The position numbers and the translations under genes were made by a program. A stretch of DNA of 50,782 nt from Malacoraja senta (taxonomy: Eukaryota): positions 310,001 to 360,782 of the forward strand of contig JAXLNO010000517.1 in assembly GCA_038087875.1 (NCBI GenBank), given 5' to 3'. Within the stretch, counting starts at the first letter, position 1; each line of letters begins with the position of its first letter. This document shows positions 1 through 14,823 of this stretch, piece after piece. The notes beneath the pieces are model-generated. The model was not told where the DNA came from and did not search any database. It worked only from the letters and a program-made list of their open reading frames with translations.

Positions 1-2550
1 GGCATCGTTTCCGTTCGGTTATTTGGCTTCCACTTCTTTGTTTCTGCATCTCGTCCTTCGACACCACGTCCGGGTAACTCTCACTCACCCACTTCTCACT
101 CACTCACACTCTCTCACTCTCTCACTCACCCTCACTCTTCACTCACCCACCCTCTCACTCGCCCACTCACTCACATTCTCACTGTCACTCACTCCCACTC
201 ACTCTCACCCAATCACTGTCTCACTCGCACGCACACTCACTCATTTTCACTTACACTCTCGCTCACCTACTCACTCTCACTCCCTCAACTCGCTCGCTCT
301 AATTCACTCACATTCTTCACTCACTCTCTCACTCCAGCACTTAGTCACTCTCTCTCACTCTCACTCACTCACTCACTCACTCAATTACTCACACTCTCCA
401 CTCACTCTCACATTTACTCACTCTCTCTCACACTCACTCTCACACTCACACTCTTCACTCACTCTGTCACTCACCCACTCACACTTGCACTCTCACTCAC
501 GCACTCACTCTTCACTCATTATATTACTCACCCACTCACTCTCACGAACTCACTCTCACTCACTTCACGCAGCCCACTCACTAACTCACTCTTCACGAAC
601 TCATTCCAAGTCACGTTTTGCTCACTCACCTACCCACACTCTCTAACCCACTCACACTCATTCAGTCTCACACCCACTCGCTCTCACTCTCACTAACTCA
701 TACCCACTCTTACCCACTCTCTCACTCACCCACGCTCTCACTCACTCACTTGCTCTTCACTCACATGCTCTTCACTCACTTACTCACCCACATAGTCACT
801 CACTCTCACTCTCTCACTCACTCACTTCACTCATTCACTCTCACACCCACACTCTCACTCACCCACTCACACTCTCACCCACATTCACTCACTCACCCAC
901 TCACTCACTATCTCATTCACTCTCACTCAATATTACCCATTCACTGACTCTCACTCTCTCTCACTCACTCTCACTCACCCACGCTCTCACTCTCGCCCAC
1001 TCACTCATTCTCTCACTCACCCACTCTTACTCACTGTCGCACTATCATTCACTCACTTCACTCAGTCTCATTCACCCATTCTCAATCTTCACTCACCCAC
1101 ACACTAACCCACTCACTTACTCTCAGTCACTCACCCAGTCACACTCACTCACTCTCATTCATTCATTCACTCTTTACTCACTCACACTCACCCACTCACT
1201 CACTCTCACTCACTCATTTTCTCACTCATGCACACCCACTCTCACTCACCTTCACTCACTCTCACTCACACTCTTCAGCCACTCACTCACTCACACTCTC
1301 TCACTACCACTCACTCGCTCTTCACTCACTTACACTCTCACTATCACCCACCCACTCATAGTCACACAATCTCACTCCCTCACTCTCACTGACCCACACA
1401 CTCTCACTCTTCTCTCACTCACCCACTCACACTCACTCACCCACACTCTCACTCAATCTCACACCCACTCACTCGTATTCACACACTCATTATCTCATTG
1501 ACTCTCACTCAATCTCACCCATTCACTTTCACTCACTCACCCACTCTCACTCACTCACTCTCACTCATTCACCCACACACCCACACCCACTCACTCATTC
1601 TCTCACCCACTTACTCACTCACTCTCACACTCACTCTCGCTCACCTACTCTCACTCTTCACTCACCGACTCACTCACACTCACTCTTCACTCATCCACTC
1701 ACTCTCAGTCACTCACCCACTCACAGTCACTCACCCACTCATTCATTCACTCACTCTTTACTCACTAACTCACTCACACTCACACTCACTCACTCACACT
1801 CACTCACTCATTGTCTCACTCTCATGCACACTCACTCTCACACTCTCATTCACCCACCCTCTCACTCTCACTAACACTCTTCACTCTCACTCTCACTACC
1901 ACTCACCCGCTTTTCACTCACTCACGCACTCTCACACCCATTCACACTCACTCACCCACACTCTCACTCACTCCCACTCATTCAATCTTATTGACTCACA
2001 CTATCTCATTCACTCAATCTCGCCCATTCACTGACTCTCACTCACTCACCCACAATCTCACCCACTCAGTCATTTTCTCACTCACCCTCTCACTCACTGC
2101 CTCACTATCATTCACACTCTCTCACTCACCCACTCTCACTCTTCACTCACCCACTCTCACTTTTCACTCACCCACACACTAACCCACTCACTCACTCTCT
2201 CACTCTTCATTCACCCACTCACTCTCAGTCACTCACCCACTCACACTCTCACTCTCATTGATTCACTCTTTCATGCTCTTTACTCACTAACGCTCACTCA
2301 CACTCACTCACACTCACGCTCGCTCACTCATTGCTCACTCATGCACACTCACTTACACTCTCATTCACCCACTCTCTCACTCACTCACACTCTTCACTCA
2401 CTCACCCACTCACACTCACTCGCCCACACTCTCACTCTGACTCACTCCCACACACTCACTCTTATTCACTCACTCACTATCTCATTCACTCTCACTCAAT
2501 CTCACCCATTCACTGACTCTCACTCTCTGTCACCCACTGTCACTCACTCT

Positions 2551-2581
<31 letters not shown>

Positions 2582-5500
2582 ACTCACTCTTCACACCCAC
2601 ACACTAACACACTCACTCACTCTCACTCTCACTCACTCTCACACTCACTCTCTCACACTCACTCACTCTTCACTCACCCACTCACACTCACTCACTCAAG
2701 TCACTCATCCAGTCACACTCACTCACCCACTCATTCATTCACTCAATCTTTACTCACTCATGCACACTCTCACTCCCACACACTCACTGTCTCACTATCA
2801 TGCACAGTCACTCACTCTCACACTGTCATTCACCCACTCACTCACTCTCACATTCTTCATACACTCACTCACACTCTCACTACCACTCACTCGCTCTTCA
2901 CTCACTCTCACGCTCACTCTTAACTTACTCACTGTCACACTCACCCACTCACACTAACACTCACTCACCATCTCACTCTTACTCACCCACTAACTCTCAC
3001 TCACTCTCACACGCACTCTCACTCACCCATTCACTCATTCTCACTAACTCACACTCACTAACGCTCACTCACTCTTCACTCACTCACTCTCACACATTCA
3101 ACCACACTGTCACTCACTCACGCACACACCCACTCACTCACTCACTCTCTCATTCACTCACTCACACACACACGCATTCTCACACTCACATTCACTCACG
3201 CTCACTCACCCACTCTTTCACCCACTCTCTCTCACTCTTCACTTGCCCACACACACCCACTCACTCATTCATTCTTCACTGACTCACTCACTCACTCACT
3301 CTCACACTCACATGCTCACTCTTCACTCACCCACTCACTCTCTCTCACCCACTCACACCCACACTCACTCACTCTCACTCACACCCACTCACACTCACTC
3401 ACTCCCACTCACTCACTCATTGTCTCACTCTCATGCACACTCACTCTCACACTCTCATTCACTCACTCTCTCACTCACACTCTTCACTCACTCACTCACG
3501 CTCTCTCACTACCACTCACTCGCTCTCCACTCACTCATTCACTCACTCACTCTCACACTCACCCACATTCTCACTCACTCTCACTCACTCCCACTCACTC
3601 AATCTTATTGACCCACTCACCATCTCACACTCTCAATCTCACCCATTCACTGACTCCCACTCTCTCACACCCACTCCCACTCACTCACTCTCACTCACTC
3701 ACTCACTCACCCACACTCTCACTCTCTCACCCACTCACTCATAATCTCACACCCACTCTCACTCACTGTCTCACTATCATTCACTCAGTCTCACTCACCC
3801 ACTCTCACTCTTCACTCACCCACACACTAACTCACTCACTCACCCTCACTCTCTCACTCACTCGCCCACTCACTCTGACTCACCCACTCACACTCACTCA
3901 CTCTCATTCATTCATTCACTCACTCTTTACTCACTAGCACCCACTCACACTCACCCACTCACTCACACTCACTCACTCACTCACTCCCACTCACTTACTC
4001 TTATTCATTTACTCCCCATCTCATTCACTCTCACTCAATCTCACCCATTCACTGATTCTCACACTATCTCACCAACTCTCTCTCACTCTTCACTCACCCA
4101 CTCACTTACACTCACTCACTCACACATTGCCTCACTCTCATGCACACTCACTCTTACACTCTCATTCACCCACTCACTCACTCACTCTCACACTCTTCAC
4201 TCACTCTCTCACTACCATTCACTCGCTCTTCACTCACTCATTCTCACTCTCTCTCACTCACCCACTCACACTCAGTCACCCACACTCACTCCCACTCACT
4301 CACTCTTATTCACGTACTCACTATCTCATTCACTCTCACTCAAGCTCACCCATTCACTGACTCCCACTCTCTCACTCACCCACTATCACTCACTCTTACT
4401 CACTCAGTCACACTCTCACTCACTCTTACTCACTCTCACCCACTCACTCTCACTCACTCTTCACTCACCGACACACTAACACACTCACTCACACTCAGTC
4501 TCGCTCACCCGCTCACTCTTCACTCACCCACTCACACACTCTCAGTCACTCACCCAGTCACACTCACTCACTCATTCATTCACTCACTCTTTACTCACTC
4601 ATTCACACTCACCCACTCACTCACTCACTGTCTCACTATCATGCACACTCACTCACTCTCACACTGTCATTCACCCACTCATTCCCACTCACTCACTCTC
4701 ACTCACATTCTTCATTCACTCTCTCACTCACTCACTCTCACACATTCTTCATTCACTCTCTCACTCACTCACACTCTCACTACCACTCACTCGCCCTTCA
4801 CTCACACACACGCTCACTCATAATTTACTCACTGTCACACTCACCCACTCACTCACATTCACTCACCCTCTCACTCTTACTCACCCACTAACTCTCACAC
4901 CCACTTACAGTCACTCACTCTCACACCCACTCTCATTCACCCACTCACTCACTCACCCATTCACTTACTCACACTCTCTCACTCTCTCACTCATGCTCAC
5001 ACACTCACTCTCACTCTCTCATTCACTCTCACTCACTCTCACACACATGCATTCTCACACTCACTCACTCTCACTCACTCACTCTCTCACCCACTCTCTC
5101 TCTCTTCACTCGCCCACACACTCACCCACTCACTCTCTCACTCATTCTTCACTGACTCACTAACTCACACACTCTCTCTCACTTGCTCTCACTCACATGC
5201 TCACTCTTCACTCACCCACTCACTCCTCACTCACCTACTCACACTCACTCACCGACCTTGTCACTCACTGTCACTCACTCACACCCACTCACTCGCACTC
5301 ACCCACTCACATTCTCACTCGCTGTCAATCATCCCTCCTTCACTCTCACTCACTCTTCACTCACCCACTCACACTCACCCACACTGTCACTCACTCTCAC
5401 TCACCCACTCACTCTCACTCTTATGCACCCACTCACTCTCATCCACACTCACTTTCACACTCACTCACTCTCTCACTCCCTCAATCTCACTCACTCTCAC

Positions 5501-6453
5501 CCATTCACTCTTCACTCACACACTCACAACCACTCTTCACTCACTCACTGTCACACTCACACTCTCATTCATCAACTCACTCACTTTTCACTTACTCACA
5601 ATCTCTTACCCACTCACTCTCACTCACTCACTCTTCACTCTCCCACGCACTCACTCTCACTCTCTAACTAACTCAGACTCATTCACGCTCTCTTACACTC
5701 TCACTCACCCACTCACTCACTCTCTCACTCACACTCTTCACCACCCACTCACTCAGTTTCAGTCACTCACACACTTACTCACTCTCACCCACTCACTCTT
5801 CACTCAATCACTCACAATCACTCTTCTCTCACGGTCACACTCACATTCACTCACCCACTCTCATTCACCTACTCACTCTCTCACCCACTCTCACTCACCC
5901 TCACTCACCCACTCAACCACTATTCACTTACTCAAACTCTCTCACCCACTCGCTCGCTCTCACTCACCCACAATCATTCACTCTCACCCACGATCACTCA
6001 TTCTCACTCATTCTTCACTCACTCTCTCTCACCCACTCTCACTCACTCACCCACACTCTCACTCTCGCTCTTCACTCACCCACACACTCACCCTCACTCT
6101 CCCACACTCACTATACACCCACTTAGTCTTACTCACTCACGCACATTCACTTGCACTCATCAACTCACTCACAATCTCCGTCACTCCCACTCACTCACTG
6201 TCTCTCTCTCATGGCACTCACTCACTTTCACACTCACTCACCCACTCAGTTATTCTCACTCACTTACTCTCACTCACTCAATCTTCACTCACTCACTCTT
6301 CATTCACCCACTCTCTCACTCTTCACTCACCCACGCACTCACCCACCCACTCTCTCACTGTTCACTCACTCAACACCCACACTCACTCACCCACTCACAC
6401 TCACTCTCTCTCACCCCACTCTCTCATACCCATATTCCCGCTCACTCACACTC

Positions 6454-7509
6454 TGTAATGTCTGCTGTACAACCATGTTGTGACTAGCACAATGAATACG
6501 GTCTGACAACTATGACATCTTGTAAGAAGAGTTTGTTTCCAACAAGTAACAGAAACTTCTAGAAGCCCACTTGACCTCAGTCACGAGTCAAACGCCAACT
6601 CGCCAGCTTGTACTCCTGGCCTCAAGAGGCGCTGGCATTTACATTACATCTCTGCCGTCAAATTTATTTACATTACATCTCCCCCTTCAAATTTGAGGTC
6701 ACAATTTTTTCAATACTAATAAATTTAACCTTGAATCAATTTAATGTGGATAACAAACTATTTCCAATATTAATATTGATGACAAATACAAACGTTACAT
6801 CTCACCCTTCAACTTTGGGGTTTCATTTACGTGTACGTCCATGGCATATAAATGAAAATACAGTACTATTTACTAAAATGCAAATCTAAAGCCATTTAGA
6901 TTTGGCTTCATTTAATTCAGCAGAACATTTGTACATTTTCCATGTAGTTTCCTTCAATAATATTTTGCATTCGATTTAAATTCTGCTTATGAGCTTTAAT
7001 ATCCATATCAAGTTTTACATTAGAATCAATTAAGAGTGTTGCTGTTTTCCACTTTCACCTCAAAACCTAGAAACTCAAGGATTCTGTCTCGTTGCCTCTC
7101 ACTACATCTGGGAGACTAGCTCCTGCATCTCGCTGCGTCTCGGCGAATCATGTCATCTGGGGGATTGGCTCCATCTGGGAGACAATTTCTTGCTTCTGGG
7201 AGACTGGCTCCTCCATCTAGGTTTCTCGCGTCTGTCTAAATGTGGACAATCCCCGGCTTCAGAGGTCTATCCTGGGCTACAGTTCAATATCCTGGGCTAC
7301 AAGTCTCTATCCTGGGCTATAGGTCTCTATCCTGGGCTACAGGTCTCCATCCTGGGCTACAGGTCTATATCCTGGGCTCCAGGTCTATATCCTGGGCTGC
7401 AGGTCTCTATTCTGTGCTACAGGTCTCTATCCTGGACTACAGGGCTCCTGGCCTCAAGAGGCGCTGGCATTTACATTACATCTCCCGCTTCAACTTTATT
7501 TACATTCCA
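6454..7509 (-). mobile_element. Small non-autonomous LTR-retroelement-like insert (LTR 6454-6648/6677, PPT 6678-6688, partial second LTR start 7445-7509)
   Basis: Inverted termini TGTAATG...CATTACA. Minus-strand purine tract gaagggggaga directly precedes TGTAATG. A ~65 bp direct repeat (ctcctggcctcaagaggcgctggcatttacattaca...) occurs at 6613 and 7445. No recognisable pol. Confidence 0.6.
7263..7441 (+). repeat. 20-bp minisatellite (aggtctctatcctgggctac), ~9 units
   Basis: Read directly from sequence. Confidence 0.95.
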
Positions 7510-8417
7510 TCTCTCACTCACTCACTCACTCTCATTCACCCACACTCAATCTCACTCACTCACTCTCACTCTCCCACTAACTCTCACTACTCACTCGCTC
7601 ACTCTCACTCACTCTCTCACTCACACTCAACCACTCACTCTCACTCACTCACTCTTCACTCACCCACTCTTCACTCACTCACCCCTCACCCACTCACTCT
7701 TCTCACTCTCACTCTTCACTCACTCACCCACTCACTCACACTCTCACTCTTCACTCACGCACTCACTTTTACTCACCCTCACTCACACTCTCACTCTCAC
7801 CCACTCACTCTCAGTCACCCACATACACACTCTCACTCACCCACACTCTCACTCACTCACCAACGCACTCACTCACTCTCACTCTTCACCCACTTACTCT
7901 TCACCCACTCACTCTCCCTCACTCATTCTCTCACACCCACCAACTCACTCTCACTCACTCACTCACCCACTCACTCTCACTCACTCACCCACCCACTCTC
8001 ACCCACTCACACTCACTCACTCACTCACTCTCACTCTTCACCCACTTACTCTCACTCACCCACTCACTTTCACTCATTCTCTCACACCCACCCACTCTCA
8101 CTCACTCACCCACTCACTCTCACTCACTCACCCACTAACTCTCACTCACCCACTCACTTTCACTAACTCTCACTCACTCCCACCCACTCATTCTGACCCA
8201 CTCACTTTCACTCACTCACTTACTCTCACTCACCCACTCACTCACTCTTCACCCACTTACTCTTCACCCACTCACTCACTCTCTCACTCACTTACACTCA
8301 CTCTCTCACTCATTCTCACTGATTCTCACTCACTCTCACTCACACACCCACTCACACTAACTCTCACTCACTCTCACCCATCGCTGATAAATCCCATCCC
8401 CCGGTGACACCATGTCT

Positions 8418-8595
8418 GTTATTTGGCTTTTCGTCGTCGTTTCCGTTCGGTTTGTTGGCTTTTAGGCGTCTCGCCCTTTCCGTTATTTGGCTTTTCATTC
8501 TTGTGTCCGTTCGGTTATTTGGCTTTTCGGCCTTGCGCCCTTTCTGTTATTTGGCATTTCGGCATCGTTTCCGTTCGGTTATTTGGCTTCCACTT
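8418..8595 (+). repeat. 32-bp-period array with conserved GTTATTTGGCTTTT core, 6 cores
   Basis: Cores at 8418, 8450, 8482, 8514, 8546, 8578. A partial copy is at 1-35. Confidence 0.92.
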
Positions 8596-11500
8596 CTTTG
8601 TTTCTGCATCTCGTCCTTCGACACCACGTCCGGGTAACTCTCACTCACCCACTTCTCACTCACTCACACTCTCTCACTCTCTCACTCACCCTCACTCTTC
8701 ACTCACCCACACACTCACCCACCCACTCACTCTCACTCACTCACTCTCACTCGCCCACTCACTCACATTCTCACTCACTGTCACTCACTCTCACCCAATC
8801 ATTGTCTCTCTCACTCGCACGCACACTCACTCATTTTCACTTACACCCTCGCTCACCCACTCACTCTCACTCCCTCAACTCGCTCGCTCTAATTCACTCA
8901 CACTCTTCACTCACTCTCTCACTCCAGCACACTTAGTCACTCTCTCTCACACTCACTCTCACTCACTCTCTCACTCACTCTCCACTCACTCACTCACTCA
9001 CACTCTTCACTCACTCTCTCTCACATTTACTCACTCTCTGTCACTCACTCTCTCACTCACACTCTTCACTCACTCTGTCACTCACCCACTCACACTTGCA
9101 CTCTCACTCACGCACTCACTCTTCACTCATTATATTACACACCCACTCACTCTCACAAACTCACTCTCACTCACTTCACGCAGCCCACTCACTAACTCAC
9201 TCTTCACTCACTCATTCCAAGTCACGTTTTGCTCACTCACCTAATCACACTCTAAACCACTCACACTCATTCAGTCTCACACCCACTCTCACACACCCAC
9301 TCGCTCTCACTCTCACTAACTCATACCCACTCTTACCCACTCTCTCACTCACCCACGCTCTCACTCACTCACTTGCTCTTCACTCTCTCACTCACCCACA
9401 TAGTCACTCACTCTCACTCTCTCACTCACTCACCCACATAGTCACTCACTCTCAGTCTCTCACTCACTCACTTTACTCATTCACTCTCACACCCACACTC
9501 TCACTCACCCACACTCTCTCACCCACACTCACTCACTCACCCACTCACTCACTATCTCATTCACTCTCACTCAATATTACCCATTCACTGACTCTCACTC
9601 TCTCTCACCCACTCTCACTCTCACTCACCCACGCTCTCACTCATTCTCACTCACTCTCGCCCACTCACTCATTCTCTCACTCACCCACTCTTACTCACTG
9701 TCGCACTATCATTCACTCACTCTTCACTCAGTCTCATTCACCCACTCTCAATCTTCACTCACCCACACACTAACCCACTCACTCTCAGTCACTCACCCAG
9801 TCACACTCACTCACTCTCATTCATTCATTCACTCACTCTTTACTCACTCACACTCACTCACTCACTCACTCACTCATTTTCTCACTCATGCACACCCACT
9901 CTCACTCACCTTCACTCACTCACACTCTTCAGCCACTCTCTCACTCACTCACACTCTCTCACTACCACTCACTCGCTCTTCACTCACTTACTCTCACACT
10001 CACTATCACCCACCCACTCATAGTCACACAATCTCACTCACTCTCACTGACCCACACACTCTCACTCTCACACTCTTCACTCACTCTTACTCACCCACTC
10101 ACACTCTCACTCAATCTCACACCCACTCACTCGTATTCACGCACTCATTATCTCATGGACTCTCACTCAATCTCACCCATTCACTTTCACTCACTCACCC
10201 ACTCTCACTCACTCACTCTCACTCATTCACCCACACCCACTCACTCATTCTCTCACCCACTGTTACTCAGTCTCACTCTCACACTCACTCTCGCTCACCC
10301 ACTCTCACTCTTCACTCACCTACACACTCACCGACTCACTCACACTCACTCTCTCACTCACTCTTCACTCATCCACTCACTCTCAGTCATTTACACTCTC
10401 ACTACCACTCACCCGCTTTTCACTCACTCACGCACTCTCACACCCACTCACACTCACCCACACTCTCACTCTCACTCGCTCCCACTCACTCAATCTTATT
10501 GACACACTATCTCATTCACTCAATCTCACCCATTCACTGACTCTCACTCGCTCACTCACTCACTCACCCACACTCTCACCCACTCAGTCATTTTCTCACT
10601 CACCCTCTCGCACTCACTGCCTCACTATCATTCACACTCTCTCACTCACCCATTCTCACTCTTCACTCACCCACTCTCACTTTTCACTCACCCACTCACT
10701 CACACTCACTCTCTCACTCACTCTTCATTCACCCACTCACTCTCAGTCACTCACCCACTCACACTCACTCTCATTCATTCACTCTTTCATGCTCTTTACT
10801 CACTAACACTCACTCACTCACACACTCACTCACGCTCGCTCACTCATTGCTCACTCATGCACACTCACTTACACTCTCATTCACCCACTCTCTCACTCAC
10901 TCACCCACTCACACTCACTCGCCCTCACTCTGACTCACTCCCACACACTCACTCGTATTCACTCACTCACTATCTCATTCACTCTCACTCAATCTCACCC
11001 ATTCACTCACTCTCACTCTCCCTGTCACTCACTCTCACCCACTCACTCTCTCTCTCTCACTCACTCTTCACTCACCCACACACTCACTCACTCACACTCA
11101 CTCTCTCACTCACTCGCACACACTCACTCTCTCACACTCACTCACTCTTCACTCACCCACTCACACTCACTCACTCAGTCACTCATCCAGTCACGCTCAC
11201 TCACCCACTCATTCATTCACTCAATCTTTACTCACTCACGCACACTCACCAACTCACTCACTCTCACCCACACACTCACTGTCTCACTATCATGCACAGT
11301 CACTCACTCTCACACTGTCATTCACCCACTCACTCCCACTCATTCACTCTCACTCACATTCTTCATACACTCACTCACACTCTCTCACTACCACTCACTC
11401 GCTCTTCACTCACTCACTCTCACTCACACGCTCACTCTTAACTTACTCACTGTCACACTCACCCACTACACTAACACTCACTCACCATCTCACTCTTACT

Positions 11501-14500
11501 CACCCACTAACTCTCACTCACCCACTTACAATCACTCACTCTCACACTCACTCTCACTCACCCATTCACTCATTCTCACTAACTCACACTCACTAACGCT
11601 CATTCACTCTTCACTCACTCACTCTCACACATTCAACCACACTCACTCACTCTCACGCACACACCCACTCACTCACTCACTCTCTCATTCACTCACTCAC
11701 ACACACACGCATTCTCACACTCACATTCACTCACCCACTCTTTCACCCACTCTCTCTCACTCTTCACTTGCCCACATACTCACCCACTCATTCATTCTTC
11801 ACTGACTCACTCACTCACTCACTCACACTCACTCACATGCTCACTCTTCACTCACCCACTCACTCTCACTCACCCACTCTCACACCCACACTGTCACTCA
11901 CTCTCACTCACACTCACTCACTCCCACTCACTCACTCATTGTCTCACTCTCATGCACACTCACTCTCACACTCATTCACTCACTCTCTCACACACTCATC
12001 ACTCACTCACGCTCTCTCACTACCACTCACTCGCTCTCCACTCACTCATTCACTCACTCACTCTCACACTCACTCACCCTCATTCTCACTCACTCTCACT
12101 CACTCCCACTCACTCACTCTCACTCACTCACCCACACTCTCACTCTCTCACCCACTCACTCATGATCTCACACCCACTCTCACTCACTCTCACTATCATT
12201 CACTCACTCTCACTCTCTCACTCACTCTTCACTCGCCCACTCACTCTCAGTCACTCACCCACTCACTCACTCTCATTCATTCACTCACTCTTTACTCACT
12301 AGCACCCACTCACACTCACCCACTCACTCACACTCACTCACTCACTCACTCCCACTCACTTACTCTTATTCATTTACTCACCATCTCATTCACTCTCAGT
12401 CAATCTCACCCATTCACTGATTCTCACTCTATCTCACCCACTCTCTCTCACTCTTCACTCACCCACTCACTTACACTCACTCACTCCCACTCACTCACAC
12501 ATTGCCTCACTCTCATGCACACTCACTCTTACACTCTCATTCACCCACTCTCTCGCTCACTCACTCTCACACTCTTCACTCACTCTCTCACTACCATTCA
12601 CTCGCTCTTCACTCACCCACTCACTCAGTCACCCACACTCTCACTCTCACTCCCACTCACTCACTCTTATTCACGTACTCACTATCTCATTCGCTCTCAC
12701 TCAAGCTCACCAATTCACTGACTCCCACTCTCTCACTCACCCACTATCACTCACTCTTACTCACTCAGTCTCACTCTTACTCACTCTCACCCACTCACTC
12801 TCTCTCACTCACTCTTCACTCACCGACACACTAACACTCACTCACACTCAGTCCCGCTCACTCTTCACTCACCCACTCACACTCACTCACTCTCAGTCAC
12901 TCACCCAGTCACACTCACTCACTCTCATTCATTCACTCACTCTTTACTCATTCATTCACACTCACCCACTCACTCACTCACTCACTGTCTCACTATCATG
13001 CACACTCACTCACTCTCACACTCATTCACCCACTCATTCCCACTCACTCTCACTCACATTCTTCATTCACTCTCTCACTCACTCACTCACACATTCTTCA
13101 TTCACTCTCTCACTCACTCACACGCTCACTCATAATTTACTCACTGTCACACTCACCCACTCACTCACATTCACTCACCCTCTCACTCTTACTCACCCAC
13201 TAACTCTCACACCCACTTACAGTCACTCACTCTTACACCCACTCTCATTCACCCACTCACTCACTCACCCATTCACTCACTCTCACTTACTCACACTCTC
13301 TCACTCATGCTCACACACTCACTCACTCTCACTCACTCTCTCATTCACTCTCACTCACTCTCACACACATGCATTCTCACACTCACTCACTCTCACTCAC
13401 TTACTCTCTCACCCACTCTCTCACTCTTCACTTGCCCACACACTCACCCACTCACTCTCTCACTCATTCTTCACTGACTCACTAACTCACACACTCTCTC
13501 ACTTGCTCTCACTCACATGCTCACTCTTCACTCACCCACCCACCTTGTCACTCACCCACACTGTCACTCACTCTCACCCACTCACTCGCACTCACCCACT
13601 CACATTCTCACTCGCTGTCAATCATCCCTCCTTCACTTTCACTCACTCTTCACTCACCCACTCACACTCACCCACACTGTCACTCACTCTCACTCACCCA
13701 CTCACTCTCACTCTCATTCACTCACTCACTCTCATCCACACTCACTTTCACACTCACCCACCACTCACTCTCTCACTCACACTCTCTCACTCCCTCGATC
13801 TCACTCACTCTCACCCATTCACTCTTCACTCACACACTCACAACCACTCTTCACTCACTCACTGTCGCACTCACACTCTCACAACCACTCTCATTCATCA
13901 ACTCACTCACTTTTCACTTACTCACAATCTCTTACCCACTCACTCTTCACTCTCCCACGCACTCACTCTCACTCTCTAACTAACTCAGACTCATTCACGC
14001 TCTCTTACACTCTCACGCACCCACTCACTCACTCTCTCACTCACACTCTTCACCACCCTCTCACTCAGTTTCAGTCACTCACACACTTACTCACTCTCAC
14101 CCACTCACTCTTCACTCAATCACTCACAATCACTCTTCTCTCACGGTCACACTCACATTCACTCACCCACTCTCATTCACCTACTCACTCTCTCACCCAC
14201 TCTCACTCACCCTCACTCACCCACTCAACCACTATTCACTTACTCAAACTCTCTCACCCACTCGCTCGCTCTCACTCACCCACAATCATTCACTCTCACC
14301 CACGATCACTCATTCTCACTCATTCTTCACTCACTCTCTCTCACCCACTCACTCTCACTCACTCACTCACCCACACTCTCACTCACTCTCACACTCACTC
14401 TCACTCACTCACTCACTCACCCACTCCCTCAATCTCGCTCTTCACTCACCCACACACTCACCCTCACTCACTCACTTCACTCACCCACACTCACTATACA

Positions 14501-14823
14501 CCCACTTAGTCTTACTCACTCACGCACACTCACTTGCACTCATCAACTCACTCACAATCTCCGTCACTCCCACTTCACTCACTGTCTCTCTCTCATGGCA
14601 CTCACTCACTTTCACACTCACTCACCCACTCAGTTATTCTCACTCACTCAATCTTCACTCACTCACTCTTCATTCACCCACTCACTCTTCACTCACCCAC
14701 CCACTCTCTCACTGTTCACTCACTCAACACCCACACTCACTCACCCACTCACACTCACACTCACTCTCTCTCACCCCACTCTCATTCACTCTCGCTCACC
14801 CATAATCCCGCTCACTCACACTC

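Larger units (their letters stand above)
1..8380 (+). repeat. Tandem macro-repeat unit copy 1 (5' start lies outside the window)
   Basis: Position 1 (ggcatcgtttccgttcggttatttggcttc) recurs at 8561. Position 6451 (ctctgtaatgtctgctgtac) recurs at 14821. Rare satellite landmarks such as tcattccaagtcacgttttgc and cactagcacc are colinear between copies. Confidence 0.93.

Noticed and set aside
6608..6889. 93-aa ORF conserved in both macro-units
   Set aside because: Conservation is explained by recent duplication; non-ATG start and no recognisable domain
8418..8595. CRISPR-like repeat-spacer appearance
   Set aside because: Core is only 14 nt, linkers are related and alternate, there are no cas genes, and the context is vertebrate
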